Origin: an uncultured Eubacteriales bacterium
Lineage (GTDB): Bacteria > Bacillota > Clostridia > Oscillospirales > CAG-272
Length of the DNA: 64,000 bases
Direction: 5' to 3'
Assembly: GCA_934378145.1 (NCBI GenBank)
Contig: CAKXXW010000002.1
Span: 10,426-74,425 of the forward strand
Both the position numbers and the translations under genes were made by a program. Under the pieces are notes generated by a model, which was not told where the DNA came from, searched no databases, and worked only from the letters and a program-made list of their open reading frames with translations. Below, in pieces: positions 1-9,446 of the stretch (the first letter of the stretch is position 1; the number at the start of each line of letters is the position of its first letter).

Positions 1-262
1 AATGGATATCGGCAACGATCGGAGTCTTTATTCCGGCAGCTTTTATCGCCTTTATCGTCTGCGCCGCTTCCTCATCCGGAACGGTTATCCTTACTATGTC
101 ACAGCCGGCGTCGGCGAGTGCCTTTACCTGTCCGACGGTCGCGGGGATATCCCGCGTATCGGTATTTGTCATCGACTGGACCGTCAGGCGCGAGTCGCCC
201 CCGACATAAAGGTCTCCGACCCTGACCCTGCGGCTTTTCCTTCTTATCTCATTATAGTTCAT
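1..262 (-). CDS. ispG: 4-hydroxy-3-methylbut-2-enyl diphosphate synthase IspG/GcpE, N-terminal fragment (gene runs off the window start)
   Basis: Reverse-strand reading from ATG (262-260) gives MNYNEIRRKSRRVRVGDLYVGGDSRLTVQSMTNTDTRDIPATVGQVKALADAGCDIVRITVP..., a typical IspG N-terminus. ATGA overlap with the rseP stop. Absent from the ORF track because it is truncated. Confidence 0.8.
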   Translation of the reverse strand, partial: MNYNEIRRKSRRVRVGDLYVGGDSRLTVQSMTNTDTRDIPATVGQVKALADAGCDIVRITVPDEEAAQTIKAIKAAGIKTPIVADIH

Positions 263-1512
263 TTTACAAACAGCTTTACAATATCCTTAAGTGTCACGGC
301 GATCATCAGAGCGAACATAAACATCACTCCGACGGTCTGACATACCTGCTCGACCTTTTTCGGTACCGGCTTTCTGAAGATCAGCTCAAAAAGTGCGAAT
401 GCCACATGACCTCCGTCAAGAGGCAGGAACGGGAAAAGGTTGAACACTCCGAGGTTCATCGCAATAAGCGCAAAGATATAAAGCAGGCTGTATATACCCG
501 ACTTTGCCGCGGTCGTTATGACCTCGGTCGTGCCTACGGGTCCCGAGACCGACGAGATGCTGAATCTTCCGGTGATCATACCGATGACCGAATCCCATAC
601 GGTCTTTATGCTCGACCACGAGCGGTACCATGAATGCTTTATGACATTCATGACCCCGGGTCTGTCGCCGTAAACATTGAAATCCACATTACCGAAGACC
701 GTGTTCTCTTCGCTGGCAGCCGGAAATTTTACTCCGGTAAGCCTTATCGTCTCGCCGTCTCTTACGACGGTAAGATCAAGAGTCACGGCTCCGCGCCTGA
801 CGGTCTCGCCGGTCTCTTTATCGGTCTGATCGTAAGGCTCACTTGCCTTACCCTGTATCATTATTTCGTAGACAAGCTCCTGACCCGTGTGTACCGGAAC
901 ATTTCCTACTTTGACGACCGTATCGCCTTCTTTAAGACCGGTCTCGGAGCTTATCGCGGCATCGTTGAAGCCATAGACAGTGTTTGACGCCAACCAGAGC
1001 CGACCGTCCGATGTTCTCACCGAAAGCACCATCACAAAGGTCAGGACAAATCCGAGCAGGATGTTCATAAAAGGTCCCGCAAAAAGGATTATCATCCGCA
1101 TCCACGCGGGTTTGTTTGCAAATGACCTCGGATCCTTCTCTTTTTCTTCTTTTTCTTCCTTTTTTACCTCAGCCCTGTCGTCGTCGGACTTCTCGGGCAT
1201 TATGACCGTTATACCGGATTCGAGAGCCTCCTCGGGGTCGGGTTCGTAATTTTCCTTTTCGGGTTCCTCATCGGTACCCTCACCGACCATATTGACAAAT
1301 CCGCCGAAAGGCAGAAGCCTTACCGAATAGCGTATGCCGGTCTTTTTTGAGACGCGCGTGAAGATCTTCGGCCCCATTCCGACGGCGAACTCGATTATGC
1401 CGACGCCGCAGATACGGGCGGCGACATAATGTCCCAGCTCGTGGATGAATATGAGGAAACCGAACATCAGCACGGCAAGCAGAATATACAGTACGTTAAG
1501 AATCAGACTCAC
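259..1512 (-). CDS. rseP: RIP (site-2) zinc metalloprotease RseP/RasP family
   Basis: HELGH zinc motif near the N-terminus (FIHELGHYVAAR), multiple TM segments, central PDZ-like region. GTG start overlapping the dxr stop (GTGA). Conserved position after dxr. Confidence 0.9.
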   Translation of the reverse strand: MSLILNVLYILLAVLMFGFLIFIHELGHYVAARICGVGIIEFAVGMGPKIFTRVSKKTGIRYSVRLLPFGGFVNMVGEGTDEEPEKENYEPDPEEALESGITVIMPEKSDDDRAEVKKEEKEEKEKDPRSFANKPAWMRMIILFAGPFMNILLGFVLTFVMVLSVRTSDGRLWLASNTVYGFNDAAISSETGLKEGDTVVKVGNVPVHTGQELVYEIMIQGKASEPYDQTDKETGETVRRGAVTLDLTVVRDGETIRLTGVKFPAASEENTVFGNVDFNVYGDRPGVMNVIKHSWYRSWSSIKTVWDSVIGMITGRFSISSVSGPVGTTEVITTAAKSGIYSLLYIFALIAMNLGVFNLFPFLPLDGGHVAFALFELIFRKPVPKKVEQVCQTVGVMFMFALMIAVTLKDIVKLFVK

Positions 1513-2672
1513 CCCTTATTTATAAGCTCGGAAACGCGGTGCCTCGCCTCCGCATCCGCGGCAAAAACGGCGTCAAGCCCCTGTTCCTCCGAAAAATACG
1601 ACAGGTCTTCCGTGACCCGTATCACGGTCTCCTGAATGTCGGTAAAACGGATAATAACTCCGTCAAGGAAGGCGTTCACCGTTGCCTCGTTTGCCGCGTG
1701 GAGCGCGGCGGGCAACGCTCCGCCCTTCGCCAGTGCGTCAAACGCGAGAGGCAGGAGCGGAAATACCTCGCAGTCCGGTTTATAAAAGGTCAGTTTACCG
1801 ATCTCTGTCAGATCGAGCTGCGGTGTGACTCCCTTCTTTCTCGCCGGGCAGGTCAGAGCGTGAGCTATGCAGAGCCTCATATCGGGTACCGAAAGCTGTG
1901 CTATGACGCTGTTATCAATATATTCCGTCATCGAATGTATTATACTTTCACGGTGAACTACGACCGATATCTTCTCTCCCGGGATGCCGAAAAGGTGCGA
2001 CGCCTCAATGACCTCAAAGCCCTTGTTCATAAGTGTCGCACTGTCAACGGTTATTCCCTTTCCCATGCTCCATGTCGGGTGAGCGAGGGCATCGCATAGC
2101 CGCTTTTCGCTTATCTGCTCCTTCGTCATTCCGAAGAAGGGGCCGCCCGACGCGGTAAGGATCAGTCTCTTTATCTCGCTCTTTTTACCGGCACGAAGCG
2201 TCTGCATTATCGCCGAATGTTCGCTGTCGACGGGAGATATACGCACGCCCTTTTCCTTGGCGCGCCGCATAACTATCCCGCCCGCCATCACGAGCGATTC
2301 CTTGTTTGCAAGGGCGAGAGGCTTGCCCGCATCTATCGCCGCGAGCGTTGGGGCAAGTCCCGCACTTCCCGACACGGCATTGAGTACCGTGTCACCCTCA
2401 AGGTATGCGAGAGCCGAAATGCTTTCTGCTCCCGACAGCACCTTTATATCGGTGTCGGCAAGCCTTACTTTAAGCTCCGCCGCGGCATTTTCATCCGCCA
2501 TGGCGCATACTGCGGGGCGAAAACGCCTCGCCTGCTCTTCGGCAAGGCGGGAATTACTCCCCGCGCCGAGAGCCGTTATCTTTATACCGGTCGCCTCCGC
2601 AAGCTCAAGCGTCTGCCTTCCTATCGAGCCGGTCGAGCCGAGAAGTATGACCGAAGGATATTCTTTTTTCAT
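1509..2672 (-). CDS. dxr: 1-deoxy-D-xylulose 5-phosphate reductoisomerase
   Basis: N-terminal LGSTGSIGRQTL NADPH-binding motif, about 387 aa. ATGA overlap with the cdsA stop. Canonical cdsA-dxr-rseP order. Confidence 0.93.
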   Translation of the reverse strand: MKKEYPSVILLGSTGSIGRQTLELAEATGIKITALGAGSNSRLAEEQARRFRPAVCAMADENAAAELKVRLADTDIKVLSGAESISALAYLEGDTVLNAVSGSAGLAPTLAAIDAGKPLALANKESLVMAGGIVMRRAKEKGVRISPVDSEHSAIMQTLRAGKKSEIKRLILTASGGPFFGMTKEQISEKRLCDALAHPTWSMGKGITVDSATLMNKGFEVIEASHLFGIPGEKISVVVHRESIIHSMTEYIDNSVIAQLSVPDMRLCIAHALTCPARKKGVTPQLDLTEIGKLTFYKPDCEVFPLLPLAFDALAKGGALPAALHAANEATVNAFLDGVIIRFTDIQETVIRVTEDLSYFSEEQGLDAVFAADAEARHRVSELINKG

Positions 2673-3550
2673 AATATTTTGGAAACGATATTTATTCCGA
2701 GCGCCTCGAAAAGCTCGCAGAATATCGCAAGTACGGTAGCCACGGGAATAACGGAATCAAACCTGTCAAGGAATCCTCCGTGCCCCGGCATGATTCTTCC
2801 GAAGTCCTTGATTCCGTATCTTCTTTTGATCATGGAAAGCGCAAGGTCGCCTATCTGCGACACGACAGAGGCTACGACCGCAAGTGCCGCAAGCGCGAAA
2901 TAGTTGACCTGCTGCGAAAAGCCCTTGTCGAGTATAAGTCCGTATATCAGGAAACTGATAACGCAGAAAATGATGCCGCTGATACTGCCCTCAATCGTTT
3001 TTTTCGGGCTTATATCGGGGCAGAGCTTGTGCTTGCCGAGAAGCCTTCCGCCGAAATATGCGAAGGTATCGGTCACCCACGCGCCGATGAAGGCAAGCAG
3101 GAATATGTACTTACCGATATTGTCGGCACTTTCACCGACAACGACAGTCGCGTCGCGCACGAATATGACCGAGCAGTAGCCCGCGGTGATGTAGACCGTG
3201 GTCATAAATGTCGTGGCAACATTATCGACCGTGAATCTTCCGTTTGAAAGCACCGCGACGCCGAAGAGATAGAGGAGCAGAAGCAGCGTCGTTCCGAATG
3301 CCACGGGGATAAGGTAAAGCCCTTCGACCGTGACCGAAAGCCTTGTCACTATCGGCATCGCCGCCGAAATTATCAGGACGGGGATCGACACGGCGAACTT
3401 TTTAAGCACTCCGATGCACCGGAGCATCTCAAATACCGAGACGGCGACGATTATTGCCATTTCTATCGGCAAAAGCCAAGTGTCTGAAAAGATGAGCGCG
3501 GGAACGAACACACAAAGGTATGCCGCCGCCGAAATTATCCTTTTCAGCAT
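2669..3550 (-). CDS. cdsA: phosphatidate cytidylyltransferase
   Basis: Polytopic membrane protein with C-terminal CTP-transferase signature region (SMIKRRYGIKDFGRIMPGHGGFLDRFDS). Start placed at the internal Met (MLKRIIS...), 1 nt after the uppS stop, instead of the longer ORF start at 3586. Confidence 0.88.
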   Translation of the reverse strand: MLKRIISAAAYLCVFVPALIFSDTWLLPIEMAIIVAVSVFEMLRCIGVLKKFAVSIPVLIISAAMPIVTRLSVTVEGLYLIPVAFGTTLLLLLYLFGVAVLSNGRFTVDNVATTFMTTVYITAGYCSVIFVRDATVVVGESADNIGKYIFLLAFIGAWVTDTFAYFGGRLLGKHKLCPDISPKKTIEGSISGIIFCVISFLIYGLILDKGFSQQVNYFALAALAVVASVVSQIGDLALSMIKRRYGIKDFGRIMPGHGGFLDRFDSVIPVATVLAIFCELFEALGINIVSKIL

Positions 3551-3551
3551 A

Positions 3552-4250
3552 TCAAACACCTCCGAAGCGCCTTTTGCGCTTTGCATAAGCCTCTATCGCC
3601 GCGTCCACATCCTTTGCGGTCATATCCGGCCAGAGCGTATCGGTGAAATAAAGCTCCGAATACGCCGTCTGCCATATAAGAAAGTTTGAGAGCCTCAGCT
3701 CCCCCGATGTCCTCACGACAAGGTCGGGATCGGGACAGCCGGCGGTGTAGATCGCCGAACTTATGTCATCCTTCGTGATCTCTGTCTTCCCCTCCGAAAT
3801 AAGGCGGTTGACTGCGGTCACTATTTCATCCCTGCCACCGTAGTTCAGGGCAAAGTTCAGAAGATTCGGATTCTTGGCGGTATATTCCTCGACCTCCGCG
3901 ATCTTCTTTTTGAGCCGTGCCGAAAGGGGCGTGCGGTCGCCTATCACGCGAAATCGCACTCTGTTCTGCATCAGCTCTTCCCTTTCACGGTCAAGGTAAT
4001 CGTAAAGTAAGCGCATAAGCGCCATGACTTCATGGCGCGGTCTTTTCCAGTTTTCGGTTGAAAATGCGTAGATGGTAATGATCCCGACGCCGCGGTCGAC
4101 CGTCCTGCGAAGCACCCTTCTGAATGCCTCGACGCCCGCGCGGTGTCCCTCTTCCCTCGGAAGTCCTCTGGAAGTCGCCCAACGGCCGTTGCCGTCCATA
4201 ATATAAGCTATATGCGACGGCAACGGCTGTTGATTTATATTCTCGGACAT
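3552..4250 (-). CDS. uppS: isoprenyl transferase (undecaprenyl diphosphate synthase)
   Basis: HIAYIMDGNGRWA cis-prenyltransferase motif and C-terminal RRFG. Confidence 0.93.
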   Translation of the reverse strand: MSENINQQPLPSHIAYIMDGNGRWATSRGLPREEGHRAGVEAFRRVLRRTVDRGVGIITIYAFSTENWKRPRHEVMALMRLLYDYLDREREELMQNRVRFRVIGDRTPLSARLKKKIAEVEEYTAKNPNLLNFALNYGGRDEIVTAVNRLISEGKTEITKDDISSAIYTAGCPDPDLVVRTSGELRLSNFLIWQTAYSELYFTDTLWPDMTAKDVDAAIEAYAKRKRRFGGV

Positions 4251-4258
4251 TTCTTCGG

Positions 4259-4813
4259 TCAGATCTTCATGATCTCCGCGGACTTCTTCGCGGCGATCTC
4301 ATCTATCTTCTTGATGTACTTGTCGGTAAGGTCCTGAACCGTCTTGTCGGACTGCTTTACCTCGTCCTCGGTCATGGTCCCGTCCTTCTTCTGTTTCTTC
4401 GTCTCGTCATTTGCCTCGCGTCTTATATTGCGGATGGCGATCTTCGAGTCCTCGGCGTCCTTCTGTACCTTCTTTGTCAGCTCGCGACGGCGTTCCTCGG
4501 TGAGCTGCGGGAAGACAAGGCGGAGAAGAGTTCCGTCGTTTGTCGGTGTGATCCCCACATCCGATGCGAGAATAGCCTTCTCTATTGCCTTGAGGGTCGA
4601 TCTGTCGTAAGGTGTGACCGTGACCGTCTTGCTGTCGGCGACCTTTATGTCAGCCATGGTATTGAGAGGTGTCGGCGCTCCGTAGTACTCGAATGTTACC
4701 TTGGCAAGCACTGCGGGATTTGCCTGACCGGCGCGGATGGTGGCAAGGTTTTCCTCAAACGCCGCAATGGTCTTCTGCATTTTGCCTTCGTAAAGCTTTG
4801 TGTCAAGTTTCAT
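4259..4813 (-). CDS. frr: ribosome recycling factor
   Basis: 184 aa. Typical RRF sequence (TIRAGQANPAVL..., LTEERRRELTK) and conserved pyrH-frr-uppS order. Confidence 0.93.
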   Translation of the reverse strand: MKLDTKLYEGKMQKTIAAFEENLATIRAGQANPAVLAKVTFEYYGAPTPLNTMADIKVADSKTVTVTPYDRSTLKAIEKAILASDVGITPTNDGTLLRLVFPQLTEERRRELTKKVQKDAEDSKIAIRNIRREANDETKKQKKDGTMTEDEVKQSDKTVQDLTDKYIKKIDEIAAKKSAEIMKI

Positions 4814-4873
4814 AATAACCTCCGTGCCGCCGTGGCGGCTGATTTTATATTTTAATAATTGAATAAACCTGTT

Positions 4874-5575
4874 TTATCTGTGTATCTCGGTCCCGACCTT
4901 CTCGCCCGAAACGGCACGGAAGATGTTCTCGGGATCCTTCAACTCGAAGAGATACGATGTTATGTTGTTGTCCATACAGAAGGAAGCCGCGGTAAGGTCT
5001 ATCGCGTGAAGCTCCCTGTCTATCATCTCGCGGTAGGTAAGCTCGTCATAGCGCACCGCCGTCGGATCCTTCTTCGGGTCGGCATTATAGACTCCGTCGA
5101 TGTTCTTCGCAAGGAAGGCAGCATCGGCTCCGACCTCAGCCGCACGGAGGACCGCCGCCGTGTCGGTCGTGAAGTAAGGATCGCCCGTACCTCCGCCGAT
5201 GATAACTACCTTGCCTTCGTCAAGGTATTTCTTTGCACGCTTCGGGCTGTAAAGCTCAAGGAACTCGTTTATCTCTATCGCCGACATGGCGACGGCGTCA
5301 AGCCCGCGGCGGCAGAATTCGTCCTCAAGTCCGAGAGCGTTGATTATCGTTGCAAGCATTCCCATACTGTCGGCGCGTGAGCGGTCCATACCCACTCCTT
5401 TAGCGCCGCGCCAGATATTTCCGGCACCGACTATCACGGCGACCTGCACTCCCGCATCGGTGCATCTCTTGAGAGTATCCGCGATGCGGTCGATAAAGCC
5501 GAAATCAAGGATCCCGTCTTTCCCTCCGGAGATCGCCTCACCGGACAGTTTCAGAAGTATTCGTTTGTATCTCAT
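4874..5575 (-). CDS. pyrH: UMP kinase
   Basis: MRYKRILLKLSGEA N-terminus and GGGTGDPYFTTDTAA motif. Confidence 0.93.
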   Translation of the reverse strand: MRYKRILLKLSGEAISGGKDGILDFGFIDRIADTLKRCTDAGVQVAVIVGAGNIWRGAKGVGMDRSRADSMGMLATIINALGLEDEFCRRGLDAVAMSAIEINEFLELYSPKRAKKYLDEGKVVIIGGGTGDPYFTTDTAAVLRAAEVGADAAFLAKNIDGVYNADPKKDPTAVRYDELTYREMIDRELHAIDLTAASFCMDNNITSYLFELKDPENIFRAVSGEKVGTEIHR

Positions 5576-5612
5576 CAGTCAAAATTTCCCTTCTAACATC
5601 ACTTCAGAGTAT

Positions 5613-5641
5613 ATTTTACTCTATCGTGCGCGATTTGTAAA
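5613..5641 (-). promoter_or_regulatory. putative sigma-A promoter for the pyrH-frr-uppS-cdsA-dxr-rseP-ispG array
   Basis: On the minus strand: TTTACA, 17 nt, TAAAAT, about 40 nt upstream of the pyrH ATG. Confidence 0.5.
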
Positions 5642-5675
5642 CAGGAAGACGGAAATTACTTTGTAAAATAATATA

Positions 5676-6962
5676 TCAAAGTCCGAACGCGACCTCGATC
5701 TCGCGTATCTCTGCGTCGCTTATCGGGACTATCCTGCCGTTCATCGTTTCTATGTAGCATAGCGACTGCGCACCGAATTCAAGGACCTCAAGCCTGTCGT
5801 AGGCGTTGAGCGGGTCGGTACCGGCGACGATGATGAGATCGTTTTCAATAAAGATTATGGGAGTCTTCATGCTGATCGCCGAAACGATGCTTTCGGGAGA
5901 ATTCTCGATCGTGCCGTATGGGAACCTTGCGACATTGCGCAGGCATATATAGCCCTCGGGGATCAGGTGCGAATTGAACTCCGCTCCCGTCACGGCAAAG
6001 CCCATGGCATACGGGCATCTCGAAAGCGCAAGGCTTTTTATATCTCCGTGAGCGGCGAAGATCTTTGCGGCAAGCTCCGCGTAGCGCGAGGGCTTCTTTC
6101 CCGCCTCGCACTGCCCGTCCTTTACTCTCACGAGCATATCAGGGGTCAGCATCCCGCGGTCTTCCCCGTCGGGCGTGATTATGAACGAACCATCCTTCTC
6201 CTTAGCCGCATATACGCCGGTCGCCGCGGTGAATAGCGTGTTTTTGTAGCACCTCTTGATCATTGAGATTATCGAATCGCGCAGCTCTGCATCTCCCTCG
6301 GGAGCTTCTTCCGCAAGTGTATCGGGAAGCAGAGTCAGTCTTGCCTTAAGCTCAAGCTCCGCGGCACCGAGGACTCTCGCGTCACGCTTGAGCATCGCGG
6401 CGGCAACACCGGTGCGTGCCGCAAAGTCGAGCGCTTCAAACATCATATAAGCCTTCTCAAGGCTGTCGGCGCCAAGCACGACCCCGTGATTTTCAAGCAG
6501 AACGGTATCGCAGCCATTTGCAAATTCGGTTGATATGTATTCACCGAGACGGCTGCTGCCCGGGAGCGCGTACTTTGCTATCGCGATCTTTCCGCAAAGC
6601 TCGGATACGCCGGGCATCATATTAAGCTCGGGGAGCTTTCTCTCAAGGCTGTATGCAACGAGCGCCGCCGGATGTGCGTGAAGCACCGCGTGAAGATCGG
6701 GGCGCGACCTGAGTATCGCCCTGTGGAATGGGTATTCGGTCGAGGGTCTGTGCTTTCCGATGATCTCTCCCTCGGGCGTGACCTTCATTATATCTTCGGC
6801 GGTGAGGTGAGCCTTGTCGATCCCTGACGGAGAGATCCAGAGGTTCCCCTCTTCGTCCATTATCGAGAGATTCCCTCCCGAGGTCGTAGTCAGTCTGTTG
6901 TCATAAAGCCTTGTCATTGTCCGTGCGATATTTTCCGCCGGACGGAGTCCCGTAGTTTTCAT
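5676..6962 (-). CDS. class II aldolase/adducin-family protein, tandem two-domain form
   Basis: N-half has the fuculose/ribulose-phosphate aldolase pattern (TSGGNLS..., HAVLHAHP metal histidines). C-half repeats the fold pattern, but the equivalent site reads LALSRCPYAM with no His pair. Confidence 0.75.
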   Translation of the reverse strand: MKTTGLRPAENIARTMTRLYDNRLTTTSGGNLSIMDEEGNLWISPSGIDKAHLTAEDIMKVTPEGEIIGKHRPSTEYPFHRAILRSRPDLHAVLHAHPAALVAYSLERKLPELNMMPGVSELCGKIAIAKYALPGSSRLGEYISTEFANGCDTVLLENHGVVLGADSLEKAYMMFEALDFAARTGVAAAMLKRDARVLGAAELELKARLTLLPDTLAEEAPEGDAELRDSIISMIKRCYKNTLFTAATGVYAAKEKDGSFIITPDGEDRGMLTPDMLVRVKDGQCEAGKKPSRYAELAAKIFAAHGDIKSLALSRCPYAMGFAVTGAEFNSHLIPEGYICLRNVARFPYGTIENSPESIVSAISMKTPIIFIENDLIIVAGTDPLNAYDRLEVLEFGAQSLCYIETMNGRIVPISDAEIREIEVAFGL

Positions 6963-6981
6963 TTTTTATTACCTTTCAATT

Positions 6982-7884
6982 TCAGCTTTCAAGCGTTTTT
7001 TTCACATACTGCTTCGGGGTGCAGAACATATACCTTCTGAAAAGCTCGGCAAAGTAGCTCGAGCCGGAGAAGCCGCACCTGTCGGATATCTCGGTGACCG
7101 TCAGCTTTCCGGACAGAAGAAGCGGAAGGGATTTCCTTATCCTCACCCTATTGACATATTCGGTCGGGGTCTGCCTCATAATGCTCTTGAAGCAGCGGCA
7201 GAATTCCGAATGGCTGAGATCGCACACACCTGCAAGATCGTCAAGCCCGATGTCCTCGGTATAATGAGCCTCGACAAAATCTATAACGCTCTTTATCCGC
7301 ATTATCTGCTTGACGGTATGGGTACCGGTCACATTGGAGATCTCGCGCTCCGCCGCGGGAAGCATAAGCCCCATAGCCTCGTAGAGGCGTGACACTATCG
7401 TTATTTCGTAATGCGGCGGCTTTTCGTGGACGAGGTCCCTTATCTCACGGAAGATCTCAAGTATCCGTCGGCTGTCGTCCCCGTCCTTTTCGTCGAAAAC
7501 AAGGCAGGACAGCGCCGGGGAGTTGAACACCGGAGAAAGATACTTTTTCCACACACGGTTATTGTTCGCGCCGAAAAGGAAATTCGGCTCGAAGTTCACC
7601 GGAATGTAGATGCACTCATCGCGCAGATTCCACGCGGAGTGTAGCATATTCGAATTGACGAATATCCCCTGCCCAGCCGAAAGGTTGAAGATCCTGTCGT
7701 TGACCTGATACTCCATACTTCCGCTGACGATGACGGTGAATTCGGGTTCGCTGTGCCAATGATAGGCAAACCTTCTGTCCTCGTAGCGTGAGATCCTCAC
7801 GCAGCCCGCCGAAACGGGAAAGTCGGCGGGGCCGTGAGGCTTCAGCTCAAATCCGCGGTCATCGGTCCTGAGTTGGTTGCTCAT
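6982..7884 (-). CDS. AraC-family transcriptional regulator (cupin sensor plus HTH)
   Basis: N-terminal cupin-like region and C-terminal AraC HTH (DLAGVCDLSHSEFCRCFK..., TVTEISDRCGFSGSSYFAELFRR). Confidence 0.88.
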   Translation of the reverse strand: MSNQLRTDDRGFELKPHGPADFPVSAGCVRISRYEDRRFAYHWHSEPEFTVIVSGSMEYQVNDRIFNLSAGQGIFVNSNMLHSAWNLRDECIYIPVNFEPNFLFGANNNRVWKKYLSPVFNSPALSCLVFDEKDGDDSRRILEIFREIRDLVHEKPPHYEITIVSRLYEAMGLMLPAAEREISNVTGTHTVKQIMRIKSVIDFVEAHYTEDIGLDDLAGVCDLSHSEFCRCFKSIMRQTPTEYVNRVRIRKSLPLLLSGKLTVTEISDRCGFSGSSYFAELFRRYMFCTPKQYVKKTLES

Positions 7885-7944
7885 AAGTTCCCCTCCTTTT
7901 CCGGCAAATGCTCAAATTTGTTATAAAAACAGTCAAGCGTGTTA

Positions 7945-7979
7945 TTGCAATTTCCGCGTGACGGTATTATACTTATAAT
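7945..7979 (+). promoter_or_regulatory. putative promoter region for the GH4 glycosidase gene
   Basis: TTGCAA (7945-7950), 17 nt, TATACT (7968-7973), immediately followed by TATAAT (7974-7979). Lies in the divergent AraC/GH4 intergenic region. Confidence 0.4.
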
Positions 7980-8060
7980 AGTATAAAGCACAACCGCCGA
8001 AATTTCAAGTAGACAGGCAAAATTTTACTGAAAATTCTTTAAGATGAAAGGAAAAATGCT

Positions 8061-9380
8061 ATGGGAAAAATGACCTTTATGGGTGCCGGAAGTGCCGTAT
8101 TCGCAAGAAATGTCATGGGAGACATGATGCTCTGCGACTCTCTGCGCGATTTCGAACTTGCACTCTACGACATTGACGCAAACAGACTCGAGGACACCTA
8201 CCGTATCATCAAGGCTTTCAATCACAACCTCAACGAGGACAGATGCACGATAACGAAATATGTCGGCGTCGAGAACCGCAAGGATGCGCTCCGCGGTGCG
8301 GATTTTGTTGTAAACGCGATACAGGTCGGACTCTACGATCCCTGCACGATCACCGACTTTGAGGTACCGAAAAAGCACGGTCTTCGCCAGACGATAGCCG
8401 ACACGCTCGGTATCGGAGGCATCTTCCGCGCGCTCCGCACGATACCGGTGCTTGACGACTTCGCCGAGGATATGATGCAGGTATGCCCGAACGCCCTCTT
8501 CCTCAACTACACGAACCCGATGGCGATGCTCTCCGGATATATGCAGAGATACACCGATGTGCGCACGGTCGGACTCTGCCACAGCGTCCAGGTATGCACA
8601 AAGACTCTCTTCAAGGAACTCGGAATGGAGCCGAAGCAGCCCGTAAAGGAAAAGATCGCCGGCATCAACCATATGGCGTTCCTCATCGAATGTCTTGACG
8701 CCGACGGCAATGACCTCTACCCCGAGATCCGTCGCCGCGCAAACGAGATACTTGAGAATCCGCCCGAGGATTTCAAGGACCTTGTACGCCTTGAATACAT
8801 CCGCCGTTTCGGATACTATGTGACCGAATCGAGCGAGCATAACGCCGAATACAACCCCTATTTCATAAAGAACGCTCACCCCGAGCTTATCGAACGCTAC
8901 CGCATCCCGCTCGACGAATATCCGCGCCGCTGCCTCAAGCACGAGGAAAAGTGGAAGGAGCTTCGTGCAACGCTTGAAGCTGACTTCACACATAAGCGCT
9001 CGAAGGAATACGCCTCGAGAATTATGGAGGCCGTCGTCACGAACAAGCCCTACCTCATCGGCGGAAATGTTCTCAACACCGGACTTATCACGAACCTGCC
9101 GCAGAATGCCTGCGTCGAAGTTCCCTGCGTCGTCAACAACCGCGGGATACTTCCCACCTATGTCGGTGAGCTTCCCGAGATCTGCGCCGCGATGAACAGG
9201 ACGAACATAAATGTTCAGCTCCTCACGATCGAAGCCGCGCATACTCATAAGAAGGAAGCGATCTATCAGGCAGCGATGCTCGACCCGCACACCGGCTCGG
9301 AGCTTACGATAGACGAGATAGTTTCTCTCTGCGACGACCTCATCGCCGCTCACGGAAGCTGGCTCCCCGAGTTCCACTGA
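8061..9380 (+). CDS. glycoside hydrolase family 4 (NAD+/Mn2+-dependent alpha-glucosidase/alpha-galactosidase type)
   Basis: N-terminal Rossmann motif MTFMGAGSAVF, plus NYTNPMAM and GLCHSVQ motifs typical of GH4 (MelA/AglA-like). Confidence 0.85.
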   Translation: MGKMTFMGAGSAVFARNVMGDMMLCDSLRDFELALYDIDANRLEDTYRIIKAFNHNLNEDRCTITKYVGVENRKDALRGADFVVNAIQVGLYDPCTITDFEVPKKHGLRQTIADTLGIGGIFRALRTIPVLDDFAEDMMQVCPNALFLNYTNPMAMLSGYMQRYTDVRTVGLCHSVQVCTKTLFKELGMEPKQPVKEKIAGINHMAFLIECLDADGNDLYPEIRRRANEILENPPEDFKDLVRLEYIRRFGYYVTESSEHNAEYNPYFIKNAHPELIERYRIPLDEYPRRCLKHEEKWKELRATLEADFTHKRSKEYASRIMEAVVTNKPYLIGGNVLNTGLITNLPQNACVEVPCVVNNRGILPTYVGELPEICAAMNRTNINVQLLTIEAAHTHKKEAIYQAAMLDPHTGSELTIDEIVSLCDDLIAAHGSWLPEFH

Positions 9381-9386
9381 GCTTAT

Positions 9387-9435
9387 AAAAAAGCCACGGC
9401 AGGCTGACATTTGTCAGCCTGCCGTGGCTTTTTTT
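9387..9435. terminator. bidirectional rho-independent terminator between the GH4 gene and yebC
   Basis: Perfect 18-bp stem AAGCCACGGCAGGCTGAC / GTCAGCCTGCCGTGGCTT with a 4-nt loop, flanked by an A-run and a T-run. Confidence 0.9.
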
Positions 9436-9446
9436 ATCTGTTTTTA

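Noticed and set aside
2-340. 112-aa plus-strand ORF at the window start
   Set aside because: It overlaps the ispG N-terminus and the rseP C-terminus on the minus strand, both of which have clear homology-style sequence. The translation is nondescript.
8025-9410. 461-aa ORF antisense to the GH4 glycosidase gene
   Set aside because: It is a shadow ORF of the kind expected in GC-rich DNA. Its translation is low-complexity and Arg/Val/Glu-rich with no motif. The sense strand carries clear GH4 motifs, a promoter, an RBS and a terminator.
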